Origin: a virus
Strand: one strand, 5' to 3'
IMG/VR virus record: IMGVR_UViG_3300042558_003617
Location: 8,457-72,456 of that record
DNA length: 64,000 nucleotides
A model generated the notes under the pieces. That model saw only the letters and a list, made by a program, of their open reading frames with translations. It was not told the DNA's origin and did not search any database. How positions within the stretch are numbered: the first letter of the stretch is position 1; each line of letters begins with the position of its first letter. Below are positions 29,880-38,717 of this stretch, one piece after another. A program made the position numbers and the translations under genes.

Positions 29880-30149
29880 CTACAAATAGCGCAACTGGAA
29901 CCAACTTTGTGCAGATTCATTGAAGAAATCTAGATGAATTTGAGCTTGATAGTACATTCTGTTTGGGTCTTTGGCTATGTTGGCAGACGCCAGCCCCTGG
30001 TGATTGCGCCAGGTGAATCCAAGTTCTCGACGCATGACCCAACTGATTCTAATTGTTGGGCCGTGATTGTCTACTAGTTTCTGAAGAATTGGTTCCCAAT
30101 CTGCTGGATCATGGAACACAATAAGGTTACGTTTTACGGTGACTTTCAT
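29880..30149 (-). CDS. Hypothetical protein
   Basis: 89 aa in operon. Confidence 0.6.
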   Translation of the reverse strand: MKVTVKRNLIVFHDPADWEPILQKLVDNHGPTIRISWVMRRELGFTWRNHQGLASANIAKDPNRMYYQAQIHLDFFNESAQSWFQLRYL

Positions 30150-30372
30150 GTTTGCTCTGAATAAGGTTTACAATTTGTTGCACAGTTCTTGCGTTCTCGT
30201 ATTCGTGTTCTTCAATTGCAATTTTAAATTTTGTTTCAATCTCCATCACCAGCTCAATCAAGTCCAGTGAGTCGGCCCCCAAGTCAGCTACAATCTCGTG
30301 GTGTTCGTGAATTTTGCTTTCAGGAATTCCCAGTTGAATAGAAATAATTTTTTTAAGTTCAGATATAATCAT
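30127..30372 (-). CDS. acpP: Acyl carrier protein
   Basis: DLGADSLDLIELVMEIE phosphopantetheine site. Confidence 0.9.
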   Translation of the reverse strand: MIISELKKIISIQLGIPESKIHEHHEIVADLGADSLDLIELVMEIETKFKIAIEEHEYENARTVQQIVNLIQSKHESHRKT

Positions 30373-30377
30373 GATAG

Positions 30378-31106
30378 TTAGGTGATATGTCGTTGTTGTT
30401 CAGAATAGACTCGACTCATATTGGAGCCATTGATGCTGACCACTTCCCCTGGCATGGTTCCGCGTCGAATGTATAGGCATTCGTGCACAAAGGTGTCTTT
30501 GCCAAATGTTGCACTGGTCTTGAGAGCCTTGACATTGACCCCCAGGAAACAGTTTTCTTCAAAGTGAATGTCACCACCAATCGAGCAAAATCTTTGCAGT
30601 ACTGAATTACGGTCAACTCTGGTGTGATGACCCACACAAGTAAAACTGTAAATCATAGAGTAATCACCCAGTACCACACCTGGCTCAATCTGCGCAAGAC
30701 CATCAACAAACACCCCACGACCAATAGTGGCGCTACGGCTAACATGGGCCGTGGGGTCAATCAAGCTAATGACTGACAGTTGCTTACTATCCAGTAGATT
30801 GATCAGCCTCTGTCGCTTTTCTCTATTGCGAGTGGTAACAGCATCCTTTTCGGGAGCCCAGTTTGTAGCACAAAAGAAATTGAAGTTGCGTTGGTAGTAA
30901 TTCAGTTTGGTGTCTTGCTCAAACGCATCTTCTGTGTCGATAACAGGCACTCCATACAATTCAGATTTGTTGCCAAAGTAATCGCTGTCAATACAACCAT
31001 GGATTTGTATACCCAACACATTGCACATGTCGGTGTACTTTTCCATGGTCATACTTGACCCCACCAATATCAACGGTCTGTCAGTTGTATTAATGTGTTG
31101 GGTCAT
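30378..31106 (-). CDS. Hexapeptide-repeat (left-handed beta-helix) acyltransferase, PglD/NeuD-like
   Basis: SLIDPTAHVSRSATIGRGVFV...VGHH; start reassigned to MTQHI. Confidence 0.8.
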   Translation of the reverse strand: MTQHINTTDRPLILVGSSMTMEKYTDMCNVLGIQIHGCIDSDYFGNKSELYGVPVIDTEDAFEQDTKLNYYQRNFNFFCATNWAPEKDAVTTRNREKRQRLINLLDSKQLSVISLIDPTAHVSRSATIGRGVFVDGLAQIEPGVVLGDYSMIYSFTCVGHHTRVDRNSVLQRFCSIGGDIHFEENCFLGVNVKALKTSATFGKDTFVHECLYIRRGTMPGEVVSINGSNMSRVYSEQQRHIT

Positions 31107-32148
31107 AAACAGTGTAAGAACTCTGTTGAGTTTTTTCAAAATAGTCTTTGCGATCTGCATCAACCAACTTGGCAAATTCGTCGTGTGTGTAAATTTCCCC
31201 GTTGTATCTCACCGTGGTTGCAGGTTGCACATGCGGGTATACCTTGTTTAGATAAGACACCACACGAGCCATGGTGCGTTTGTCTCCATCTTGCACATTG
31301 GTTGGTCGAGCATGCAGTGTAATTTCTTGATCCATGAACACAATTTGTCCGTCAGCCCAATTTTGGGTGTATACATAGCGATCCTGATACACATGACGTT
31401 TCAATTCAGACATCACACGCTGACTTTCTTCTTGACTCATGCCAACAAAACCGTCAAATGTATGACTGGGGATTTTCATACCCGACAGTCCTGTAACAGT
31501 TTCTCGGTACAGCCGAGTCTCCATGCCATCCAACGGAGTCATGTTGTAACGCAGAATCAAGCTCTGTGTTTTGTTCAGTCCAGGGGCCATGAGATTGTCA
31601 GTCCATTTGTGTCGAACCACAAGCTCTTTGACCATGCTACGCATATCACTGCTGAGAGACTCATATGCATCGTGTGTGCACAAAAATGTGGTTTGGCTGT
31701 TGGCCGTGTCGCTTACACTCTGCAGGCCAATAATGCGTTGTGCATCATCGGATGAACATTGGTCACTGTGCCAGTCTAGTTCACCATTGGTAAACAATCC
31801 AGTAGGACGCCCGTGATCATCATTCTTGTAGCTGACCAGGGTCACTGCCGCTGATAGGTCTTTTACATTCTTGGCAACAAATCCCAAGTTGAGCAACAGT
31901 TCGCGCCAATGCCGACCTTGCAGTTTACTTTCAAGCACGTAGTTATGCATGATTGCTCGGCTAGGGTCTCCCCATTGCATCATTACATTGAACAATCTTT
32001 CTGTGGGAATTTTTTGATTGACAAATACAATGCATTGTCCGGCAACAAGCCTACCAAGTTCAAATATTTCATCATCTGAATTTAGGTCAATGTCGTATAC
32101 TTCTACTCCAACTGTGGAGTCGTAATTTTTAAGTGAGCGAGTTTTCAT
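31090..32148 (-). CDS. TauD/TfdA-family 2-oxoglutarate/Fe(II) dioxygenase
   Basis: GVEVYDIDL, WHSD (HxD), W..GQIVFMD...TLHAR. Confidence 0.85.
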   Translation of the reverse strand: MKTRSLKNYDSTVGVEVYDIDLNSDDEIFELGRLVAGQCIVFVNQKIPTERLFNVMMQWGDPSRAIMHNYVLESKLQGRHWRELLLNLGFVAKNVKDLSAAVTLVSYKNDDHGRPTGLFTNGELDWHSDQCSSDDAQRIIGLQSVSDTANSQTTFLCTHDAYESLSSDMRSMVKELVVRHKWTDNLMAPGLNKTQSLILRYNMTPLDGMETRLYRETVTGLSGMKIPSHTFDGFVGMSQEESQRVMSELKRHVYQDRYVYTQNWADGQIVFMDQEITLHARPTNVQDGDKRTMARVVSYLNKVYPHVQPATTVRYNGEIYTHDEFAKLVDADRKDYFEKTQQSSYTVYDPTH

Positions 32149-32321
32149 CGTGTTTTCCTTTGTTGTGATTTAGGGCTAGTGAACGTTTTGTCCACACACG
32201 GTAGGCGTTCTGTATTAATAATACAGTAAAGACATCGATATGTCAAGCGTCTTGGAGATCCGACGTCGGTCTGATACCGGCGTTGCTGACTATATTTATT
32301 CTGTCAATTAATTTAATCAAG

Positions 32322-32345
32322 AAAAAGCCCACCGAAGTGGGCTTC
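32322..32345 (-). terminator. Intrinsic terminator of tmRNA locus
   Basis: AAGCCCAC-TTCG-GTGGGCTTTTT. Confidence 0.9.
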
Positions 32346-32666
32346 TAGAGTTTCTGTTACGAGGTATGTCTTACCCTAAGCTGAGTTTAGGCAGCTAATG
32401 CGAACTGTGAGTCGTTTGCGTTTACTTTGTTTTGCTTCTTCGACCGAGTTACCCCAATCCTACGGCTTCTACATTGCCGGACTGTCCATTTCAATACTCT
32501 TGACCCAATCGATCCTGTGTCAGGCCCATCATAAAAAGATTGCTACTATTACTATGAAAATTAATATTGCTAACAATGATGGTAATCTCACGTAATCTCC
32601 TTATGGTGGACCTGGCGGGCACTGCCCCCGCGTCTTGAATCCTTTTCTGTCTACTTCATACAGTCT
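32346..32666 (-). ncRNA. ssrA: Circularly permuted two-piece tmRNA: acceptor piece ~32666-32604 (ends CCA), intervening segment 32603-32528, coding piece from 32527; tag ANDSQFALAA at 32419-32387
   Basis: GGGCCTG pairs with CAGGTCC-ACCA with G3:U70; T-arm GCGGG-GGCAGTG-CCCGC; resume ORF GCA AAC GAC TCA CAG TTC GCA TTA GCT GCC TAA; CCA end lies upstream of 5' end. Confidence 0.93.
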
Positions 32667-32676
32667 TAACTTTTAT

Positions 32677-32853
32677 TTATTCTTCAACTCCGAAATGTGC
32701 CAGTATAATGTCTGCATCGTAGTCTGCCAAGCAAAGTTCAGCACATTTCTTCACAATCAACTCGGCGAACTTTTCAGCATGGTCCACGCCCATCCATTTG
32801 CCACTAGTATCAGTGCCTGCTTGATTCATTAGTTGTTTAATTCGTTCGTTCAT
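32677..32853 (-). CDS. Small hypothetical phage protein (58 aa, not in ORF track)
   Basis: MNERIKQL...EKFAELIVKKC...HFGVEE; SD GGAG. Confidence 0.65.
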   Translation of the reverse strand: MNERIKQLMNQAGTDTSGKWMGVDHAEKFAELIVKKCAELCLADYDADIILAHFGVEE

Positions 32854-32884
32854 CTATCAACTCCGGAATAGGTTAACAGAATCA

Positions 32885-33148
32885 TTATCGACCGGGAAGG
32901 CCAGGTGTGGCACTGTGTCGTTCTTTGCGTGTTCTTCGATCTTCCACATGCGTGGATTTTAGCAAAAGCTCACGCCCAATTTTGCCTTGTTCAATTTCTT
33001 CCAGAGCCTTGACAAGATTGCCCGAATTGCTGACAACAGTTGGTTGATACCCCACAGAAAGTTCTCTAGCACGCCTGGATGCAATCAGCACCAGGTCGTA
33101 CCGGTTGCCCACTGCACTTACTGCTGATTCACTGGTGTATCTGGCCAT
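32885..33148 (-). CDS. rpoZ: RNA polymerase omega subunit homologue
   Basis: MARYT..AV..VGNRYDLVLIASRRAREL...ALEEIEQGKI; SD AAGGA. Confidence 0.88.
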   Translation of the reverse strand: MARYTSESAVSAVGNRYDLVLIASRRARELSVGYQPTVVSNSGNLVKALEEIEQGKIGRELLLKSTHVEDRRTRKERHSATPGLPGR

Positions 33149-33178
33149 AAAATTTTCCTTTTGTTAAACTATGTGTGT

Positions 33179-33207
33179 ATTATAGCAAATTATTCATTTG
33201 TTGTCAA
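33179..33207 (-). promoter_or_regulatory. sigma70 consensus promoter for rpoZ
   Basis: TTGACA-17-TATAAT. Confidence 0.85.
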
Positions 33208-34767
33208 CGGCATGATACCCAGTCGGCGATGCAACAACTCCTTGTATTCAATTGCTCGCTGTTGTTTTCTAACATCAACACTGTGCCAATCAAAATCTTT
33301 CATTGGTTTGTTCAGAGCAAAGTCCAAATCAAACCCAAGCCCGGCAATTTCAAATGCGGCCAAATTGCTTACTTTTCTATTACCGTCACGAATGCCCTGA
33401 GCCATTAACTCGTCAGCCATGCGTTTGCAATCTTCAAAGGTGGTAAATTGATTTTTCCACAAGTACCGATTGTTGTCTTGTGTTCCAGTGATTTCGTATC
33501 CGTATTTTTCTGGGTAACGATCGAACTCACTTGTGTAGGCTAGATTTTGTTGACTTAGATAAAATGGAAGCACCACCCAGGAGTCTAGTGGTATATCTTT
33601 GTTCAGCAAAGCCTGTGCAGTACGTTCCATGCTGGCAATTTCTTCTCCAGGCAATCCAAAGATAAATGTACCATGCAACAGAATACGATCACCGTATTTT
33701 TCTTTGCAAATGCGCAAGGTATCAATCAGCTTTTGTCTTGATCCACCTTTACCAATCAACTTGGCAGTGGCAGGGTCAAGTGTTTCAATACCGAAAAAAC
33801 ATCCACGACATCCACTGTCAAACAACAAGTCAATGGTATGAGGGTGAGCTGCCAGCAGATCTAATCTAGCAAATGCCCAAAACTCTAAATCAAACGGCAG
33901 TGATTTAGACACACGATGTATCATCTCTACTTTTTCTTGACTGTCATTAAATGTGTCATCGGAAAACAAGTACCTTGTGACTCCGAATTGCTGATAATTA
34001 TCAATCAGTTCGTTGCGCAGAGTTTCTTCATGCTTGATGTGATCTAATTTTTTCTTGCCGTTCAAGGGATAACTGCAAAATCCACATCGAAATATACAAC
34101 CTCGACTGATCTCGATTACCAATGTTTCCCCGGGCAAGATAGCATCCTGAGGTTGATATTTCATAACACTGCTGTTAAAGTCGTATGATTCGGCCGCTCG
34201 GTCATCCACTAGCGTGGTTCCAAACAAACTGCGCCGAGACTTTTCAAGTGGAGTGCCTTTGTGCAAATGATCAGCTAGATTTACTATGGCAACATCGCCG
34301 TAACCAATCACAGCATAATCGTAATCTCGTATGTAAGATAAGTCTTGTGCATCTGGTCCACCAAGCACCCATTGACAATGCGGGTTGATATTGGAAACTA
34401 GCTCACGTAGTTCACGGTTGTACTTGATACCATGTGGTAGAAACGCACCGGGCTCTCGCTCGGTATACTTCTGTCCACCGCGTTCGTGATCCAGCACGTC
34501 CGGGGTGTCAAGTTGAATGGGATTTTCTATTGACTGATAAAAGAAAGAATTAACTCCCACAAACAATGTTTGTTGATTAACTGTTTGTTGGAGTATGTTC
34601 TTGATTTCTTCAATTGAAAACACATGCAAGTGATTTATCACTAGCACTTCGTACCCAGCCGCTCTAAGCTCGCATGCAACTTTGTGAGAGCCCAGTGGCT
34701 TAGACAGCAACAACACATCTGTGCGATCAGTAAGGATTACAACATTTGGTTTGTGGTTGTCTAGCAT
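33190..34767 (-). CDS. B12-binding-domain radical SAM protein
   Basis: EISRGCIFRCGFC, FSDDTFND, FFGIET, FIFGLPGE; N-terminal Rossmann-like VLGG. Confidence 0.85.
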   Translation of the reverse strand: MLDNHKPNVVILTDRTDVLLLSKPLGSHKVACELRAAGYEVLVINHLHVFSIEEIKNILQQTVNQQTLFVGVNSFFYQSIENPIQLDTPDVLDHERGGQKYTEREPGAFLPHGIKYNRELRELVSNINPHCQWVLGGPDAQDLSYIRDYDYAVIGYGDVAIVNLADHLHKGTPLEKSRRSLFGTTLVDDRAAESYDFNSSVMKYQPQDAILPGETLVIEISRGCIFRCGFCSYPLNGKKKLDHIKHEETLRNELIDNYQQFGVTRYLFSDDTFNDSQEKVEMIHRVSKSLPFDLEFWAFARLDLLAAHPHTIDLLFDSGCRGCFFGIETLDPATAKLIGKGGSRQKLIDTLRICKEKYGDRILLHGTFIFGLPGEEIASMERTAQALLNKDIPLDSWVVLPFYLSQQNLAYTSEFDRYPEKYGYEITGTQDNNRYLWKNQFTTFEDCKRMADELMAQGIRDGNRKVSNLAAFEIAGLGFDLDFALNKPMKDFDWHSVDVRKQQRAIEYKELLHRRLGIMPLTTNE

Positions 34768-34779
34768 AGCTGATACTTA

Positions 34780-35253
34780 TCAAGCCACTCGTTGCAGGCT
34801 TGGGAACTTGTCGGCTGCATGTGAGGCAGCCCAGGCATGCGGTTTCACCAACGGAATAACATTGCAGGTGCCGCGAATGTAGCCAATGGCTTGACTGACC
34901 ACACATGAACTACCGTGCATTTCATCTGGGTTAATATCCAAGTGAACTTCAACTGGTCGATCTTCAAGTACAGTACTCAGTTTCTGAAACATTTCGCTAA
35001 CCTTGTATACTTCATTCATCAAACGCATGCTGGGACGATTGGCTCGTTGGTCGTAGTCACGTTCACGAGTGATTTCTCCAAAGATTTTGCAACCGTGGCA
35101 TCCGTCGATATGTACTACAATGCACACAGTGTAAACACCCCACCATATTCCATTGATACGATGGCGCTCCGAGTCTGCTCCTAGGTAGATACGTGTGTTT
35201 GGGCCTTGTTGGGCAATATAATCCTTGACTTGGTTTATATCTATAGTTGGCAT
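34780..35253 (-). CDS. RNase H-like YkuK/DUF458 family protein
   Basis: IYLGADS, RLMNEV, EVHLDIN, KPHAWAASHAAD. Confidence 0.85.
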   Translation of the reverse strand: MPTIDINQVKDYIAQQGPNTRIYLGADSERHRINGIWWGVYTVCIVVHIDGCHGCKIFGEITRERDYDQRANRPSMRLMNEVYKVSEMFQKLSTVLEDRPVEVHLDINPDEMHGSSCVVSQAIGYIRGTCNVIPLVKPHAWAASHAADKFPSLQRVA

Positions 35254-35270
35254 ACAATTTCCTTTGTGTG

Positions 35271-35903
35271 TTATGTCTGTATGGAGTGGTCGGTATCTAT
35301 TAAATTTTTATAACGTTGCCTAAAGTCGGCAAACGTGGGGTTGGTATCAAGCAGTAGAGAAAACAAATAGCGTTCAGTTATGATATTCTCCACGCTGTGA
35401 TAGTGTTGCACATCATAAGCATGCCATTGATGTAACGGAATCACAGTTTTAAAATCCACAGTCACATCCTTGTGGTAGATGTTGGCAGCACTGGAAAGAT
35501 CGGGATTGGGTCGCGATTCTTTGTAAAATACTGTGCGAACATCCGGACCGCCAAGCTCTAGCAAATAGTTTATGGCAACATATCTTGCACGATCACAATG
35601 TGGTGGACTTTGACTGGGAACCGACAATACATTTTTAATTTTACCAACCACTGCGGATACAACTGTGTTTGGAAAAAATTTCTGATAAACTGCTCTAATT
35701 TGATTTTGTATTTCGGCAGACAGTACAGTGTCTTTGGTGCCGTATTCGTGTGCAGCCACAGGGATTTCGTTGCGATGAAAATTGTCGACCCAGATCCTGT
35801 GTTCTTCAAACAAGGGGATTTGTTGGCAACAGTTGATCAACTGGGTTGCCAACGCTGTCGGCGGCGCAGGCAAATTTAAAAAAGCTACTTTAAGTGTCGA
35901 CAT
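35271..35903 (-). CDS. Hypothetical protein, possible 2OG-Fe(II)/cupin fold
   Basis: PHCD..R..AINY...WH...VQHYHSV (HxD...H). Confidence 0.55.
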   Translation of the reverse strand: MSTLKVAFLNLPAPPTALATQLINCCQQIPLFEEHRIWVDNFHRNEIPVAAHEYGTKDTVLSAEIQNQIRAVYQKFFPNTVVSAVVGKIKNVLSVPSQSPPHCDRARYVAINYLLELGGPDVRTVFYKESRPNPDLSSAANIYHKDVTVDFKTVIPLHQWHAYDVQHYHSVENIITERYLFSLLLDTNPTFADFRQRYKNLIDTDHSIQT

Positions 35904-35922
35904 TGTGTTATCTTACTTATAC

Positions 35923-36006
35923 TGGTGCGAGTGGCCGGAGTCGAACCGGCACGCCCTAAGACGGGAGATTTTAAGTCTCCTGTGGCTACCATTACACCAC
36001 ACTCGC
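35923..36006 (-). tRNA. tRNA-Leu(TAA)
   Basis: Cloverleaf, GGAGA-CTTAAAA-TCTCC, long variable arm, CCA. Confidence 0.93.
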
Positions 36007-36013
36007 ATTAATC

Positions 36014-36095
36014 TGGTACCCCAACCCGGACTCGAACCGGGACGCCGAAGCAGTAGATTTTGAGTCTACCGTGTCTACCATTCCACCATCGGGGC
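36014..36095 (-). tRNA. tRNA-Leu(CAA)
   Basis: GTAGA-CTCAAAA-TCTAC, CCA. Confidence 0.93.
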
Positions 36096-36097
36096 GT

Positions 36098-36526
36098 CTA
36101 AAAGTCTGCGGTAACAGGCTTCAAATCTTCCACATCAGCTAGTCCGTCTTGGTTGTAACTGATGGATCCTCCGTAATAACCATTGTGGCTGTTACGAACT
36201 TCTAAATCTATATATCCACGATCTGTGCGGATGGTCACAAATGCGTCATCGACGCACTCGTGTTCATCTTCGAGATCTTGTCTTTCAAAATCTTTTGACT
36301 CTACAGCCAACACTGTTGCACCACGCAGGATATCAAAAGAGTTGCCACTGCCCAGTACAGAGTCTACACCATTAACATGGTTGAACCACACAGAATTGCA
36401 ACAATCATTTGCAGTGTCAAATCGATAGTGATTTCCGTTGATGTCGCGAAATACCAATGTCCATGCATCGTTGCCTATGAACATTCCGTTTATCTTTTTA
36501 TTAACTAACACACTAAAGCACGACAT
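36098..36526 (-). CDS. Hypothetical protein
   Basis: Start reassigned to MSCFS (SD AAGGA); DCC..W and RNSHNGYYGG motifs. Confidence 0.7.
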   Translation of the reverse strand: MSCFSVLVNKKINGMFIGNDAWTLVFRDINGNHYRFDTANDCCNSVWFNHVNGVDSVLGSGNSFDILRGATVLAVESKDFERQDLEDEHECVDDAFVTIRTDRGYIDLEVRNSHNGYYGGSISYNQDGLADVEDLKPVTADF

Positions 36527-36761
36527 CGCTAATCCTTTCTTTTTTAACGCGGCCAATTCGGCTTGATTTGTCCCAGTCGTAAGCAACACCGTCTGGACAC
36601 ACACCGTCTTTGACAGCGTCAACACCAAACACCCCGCATACTTCGAAGTCTGCTCCTGCAATGGTTACAAATACTCCAACAGTTTTGGCAAAGCTCATGG
36701 CCTCGTCCAAAGTTGCACATACGTTTAATGTTAGGTTATTTTTGCTGATTACTTTGTACAT
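36513..36761 (-). CDS. Hypothetical protein (leaderless)
   Basis: ATG 6 nt after TATAAT of TTGACC-17-TATAAT promoter (36796-36768). Confidence 0.7.
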   Translation of the reverse strand: MYKVISKNNLTLNVCATLDEAMSFAKTVGVFVTIAGADFEVCGVFGVDAVKDGVCPDGVAYDWDKSSRIGRVKKERISDVVL

Positions 36762-36806
36762 GCATCAATTATACTACATTGTTGATTTTTGGTCAACCAT
36801 AAAAAA

Positions 36807-36937
36807 GCAAACATACTGATTTCGCTAGGGCGTGTGTGAGATATCAGCATCTCTATGGGTCTTGCACCCGATCACCTGGTCCACTGGATTGTATCAAGCG
36901 CCAATGGTAGGTATACCCCTACACGTCTAATGTTTGC
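36807..36937 (-). ncRNA. Unassigned structured RNA
   Basis: Closed by GCAAACAT/ATGTTTGC, internal T-arm-like GGGTGCAAGACCC, followed by T6. Confidence 0.5.
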
Positions 36938-36942
36938 AAAAC

Positions 36943-37016
36943 TGGTAGGTCATAACGGTAACGATCCGCTGTATGTGCAATGTCAATGCACCGCTCTACC
37001 TTTGAGCTAATGACCT
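36943..37016 (-). tRNA. tRNA-Val(GAC)
   Basis: GTGCA-TTGACAT-TGCAC; T-loop ATCGTTA. Confidence 0.88.
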
Positions 37017-37025
37017 AAATATTCA

Positions 37026-37526
37026 TCAACTGCTTTCGTGAGTGTCAGTACCGCGTGGATCGTTTTCATCCGGTTGGTACAGATATGGACGATGTTTGAT
37101 TTCTTCTTGTTCATCGTAAGTCCAACCCAGTGCCTTCATCATGCGATGTTTGACCAACAAGTTGGGACTGCGAAACACCTCAGTATCATCAAAGCCCAGC
37201 ATGACACCAACTTCGCACACTGCACCACTACGGCAAACACCCGCCACACAGTGAACAACCACATTCATGTGATTGTCCTTTGCATGTTGCAATAGTCGAA
37301 CAAGCTCGTTGGCCTGCTCTTGACTGCACCGCATGGCTTCGTCTAATGCAAAATCATTTTCTTCAATGTCTAAGAATTCAAATTGATGAACTTGCTTGAA
37401 CTTGTACAAGGGTGTGGGAAAGTCACCAGGTGGATCCACAATTTGAATCAGCATAGCGTTCTCACCGGGATTGATATGAAATCCCCGGGCAATGTCGCTT
37501 TTGGCTACGTTTTGAATCCACGGCAT
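37026..37526 (-). CDS. Tyrosine/dual-specificity phosphatase-like protein
   Basis: VVHCVAGVCRS (HCxxGxxR); SD AAGGAG. Confidence 0.85.
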   Translation of the reverse strand: MPWIQNVAKSDIARGFHINPGENAMLIQIVDPPGDFPTPLYKFKQVHQFEFLDIEENDFALDEAMRCSQEQANELVRLLQHAKDNHMNVVVHCVAGVCRSGAVCEVGVMLGFDDTEVFRSPNLLVKHRMMKALGWTYDEQEEIKHRPYLYQPDENDPRGTDTHESS

Positions 37527-37543
37527 GGTGCACTCCTTTTGAT

Positions 37544-37618
37544 TGGTACCCTAGCGTGGGAACGATCCACGGACCTACGCCTTATCAAGACGGCGCTCTA
37601 CCACTGAGCTACTAGGGC
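37544..37618 (-). tRNA. tRNA-Ile(GAT)
   Basis: Anticodon loop TTGATAA; T-loop ATCGTTC. Confidence 0.88.
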
Positions 37619-37624
37619 AATAAA

Positions 37625-37699
37625 TGGTACCTGGACACGGTTTCGAACCGCGGACCCTCTCCGTGTAAAGGAGACGCTCTACCCCTGAGCTATCCAGGC
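37625..37699 (-). tRNA. tRNA-Val(TAC)
   Basis: TCTCC-TTTACAC-GGAGA. Confidence 0.93.
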
Positions 37700-37710
37700 A
37701 AAATCTCAAC

Positions 37711-37786
37711 TGGGGTGTCACACGGGGAACGATCCCGTACTACCAGTTTCACAGACTAGTGTGCGAACCTCTACACTAGTGACACC
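37711..37786 (-). tRNA. tRNA-His(GTG)
   Basis: Loop CTGTGAA, G-1:C73, T-loop ATCGTTC. Confidence 0.88.
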
Positions 37787-37793
37787 ATAGAAC

Positions 37794-38102
37794 TTATTCC
37801 AACTCTGTTGGCGGCAAAATACCATTGCTATGTCGATCTGTAGATTTTTCTACATCTTGAAACAATCTCTTTTCTTGAGTTGTTAGTTTATCTTTGTGTG
37901 TTTTCCTAGGATTACCACACAAATAACATTCAGGGTTACCACAATCCATGGCGTGATGTTTTGCTAATCGATGAGGCTCTTGTATGGCTTTATCTTTGTC
38001 AGTTAACCCATGTGCTTTGGCAATCTTGACTTGCTTGTTTACAGCATTTTCATCTTTTTGAATACGCTTCGAACGTTTGAATTTATCTGACTCACTGTTC
38101 AT
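37794..38102 (-). CDS. Hypothetical protein with Cys/His cluster
   Basis: HHAMDCGNPECYLCGNPR. Confidence 0.7.
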   Translation of the reverse strand: MNSESDKFKRSKRIQKDENAVNKQVKIAKAHGLTDKDKAIQEPHRLAKHHAMDCGNPECYLCGNPRKTHKDKLTTQEKRLFQDVEKSTDRHSNGILPPTELE

Positions 38103-38625
38103 GCCATGATCCATCTTTGTGTTTTTCAATTGCCAACCTCAGAGCCTGCTCAACATATTGGTTAAACGTGATATCCAAGTCATGCGCCGCCTTCATGTAT
38201 TTTAGCAAATCCTCGTCGGAAAAATCAACTGGCATTTGTACTCGAGTATCGTAAACCTCGCCAGCTACAATAGCTAGACCCTTTTGGATCCACTCATCGT
38301 CAACTTCAAGATTGATATACTCAACATCGTCCCAGGCTTGATTACCTAATTCTCCGCGGTCAACGGATTCATCGGCATGTGCTTGAGTGTACTCAGAATT
38401 GATAATACGATATGCACGATTGTTAGTGTAGTCACAAACATCAACTTCGTAGACCTCCTGAGTCTTTGTATCAAACACAATATTGGCACTCCAGCCGCCG
38501 GCGCCGTGAATACCATTCCACGCACTCAGGCTATATGCATCATCACCAAAACAACTCCAGCCGTAGTCGCTACCCTCGGTAACACGATAATTCACTACTT
38601 CCATGAATTCTTTAAAAGTAATCAT
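38092..38625 (-). CDS. Hypothetical protein, C-terminal ribbon-helix-helix-like segment
   Basis: Start reassigned to MITFKE (SD AAGGA); ends AAHDLDITFNQYVEQAL; promoter TTGACA-17-TATAAT at 38693-38665. Confidence 0.7.
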   Translation of the reverse strand: MITFKEFMEVVNYRVTEGSDYGWSCFGDDAYSLSAWNGIHGAGGWSANIVFDTKTQEVYEVDVCDYTNNRAYRIINSEYTQAHADESVDRGELGNQAWDDVEYINLEVDDEWIQKGLAIVAGEVYDTRVQMPVDFSDEDLLKYMKAAHDLDITFNQYVEQALRLAIEKHKDGSWHEQ

Positions 38626-38717
38626 TTCAATTCCTTGGTTTAAATTACTGTCTCTGCATGTAAAATTATACACTAACTGCAATTTGTTGTCAATGCATTT
38701 GTTTTGCCAGTTATGAT

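Noticed and set aside
32398-32595. 65-aa plus-strand ORF
   Set aside because: Antisense to the tmRNA coding piece and intervening segment
38651-38660. Micro-ORF MQRQ after the 38693 promoter as another attenuator
   Set aside because: No terminator or antiterminator follows and the next feature is a protein gene with its own SD
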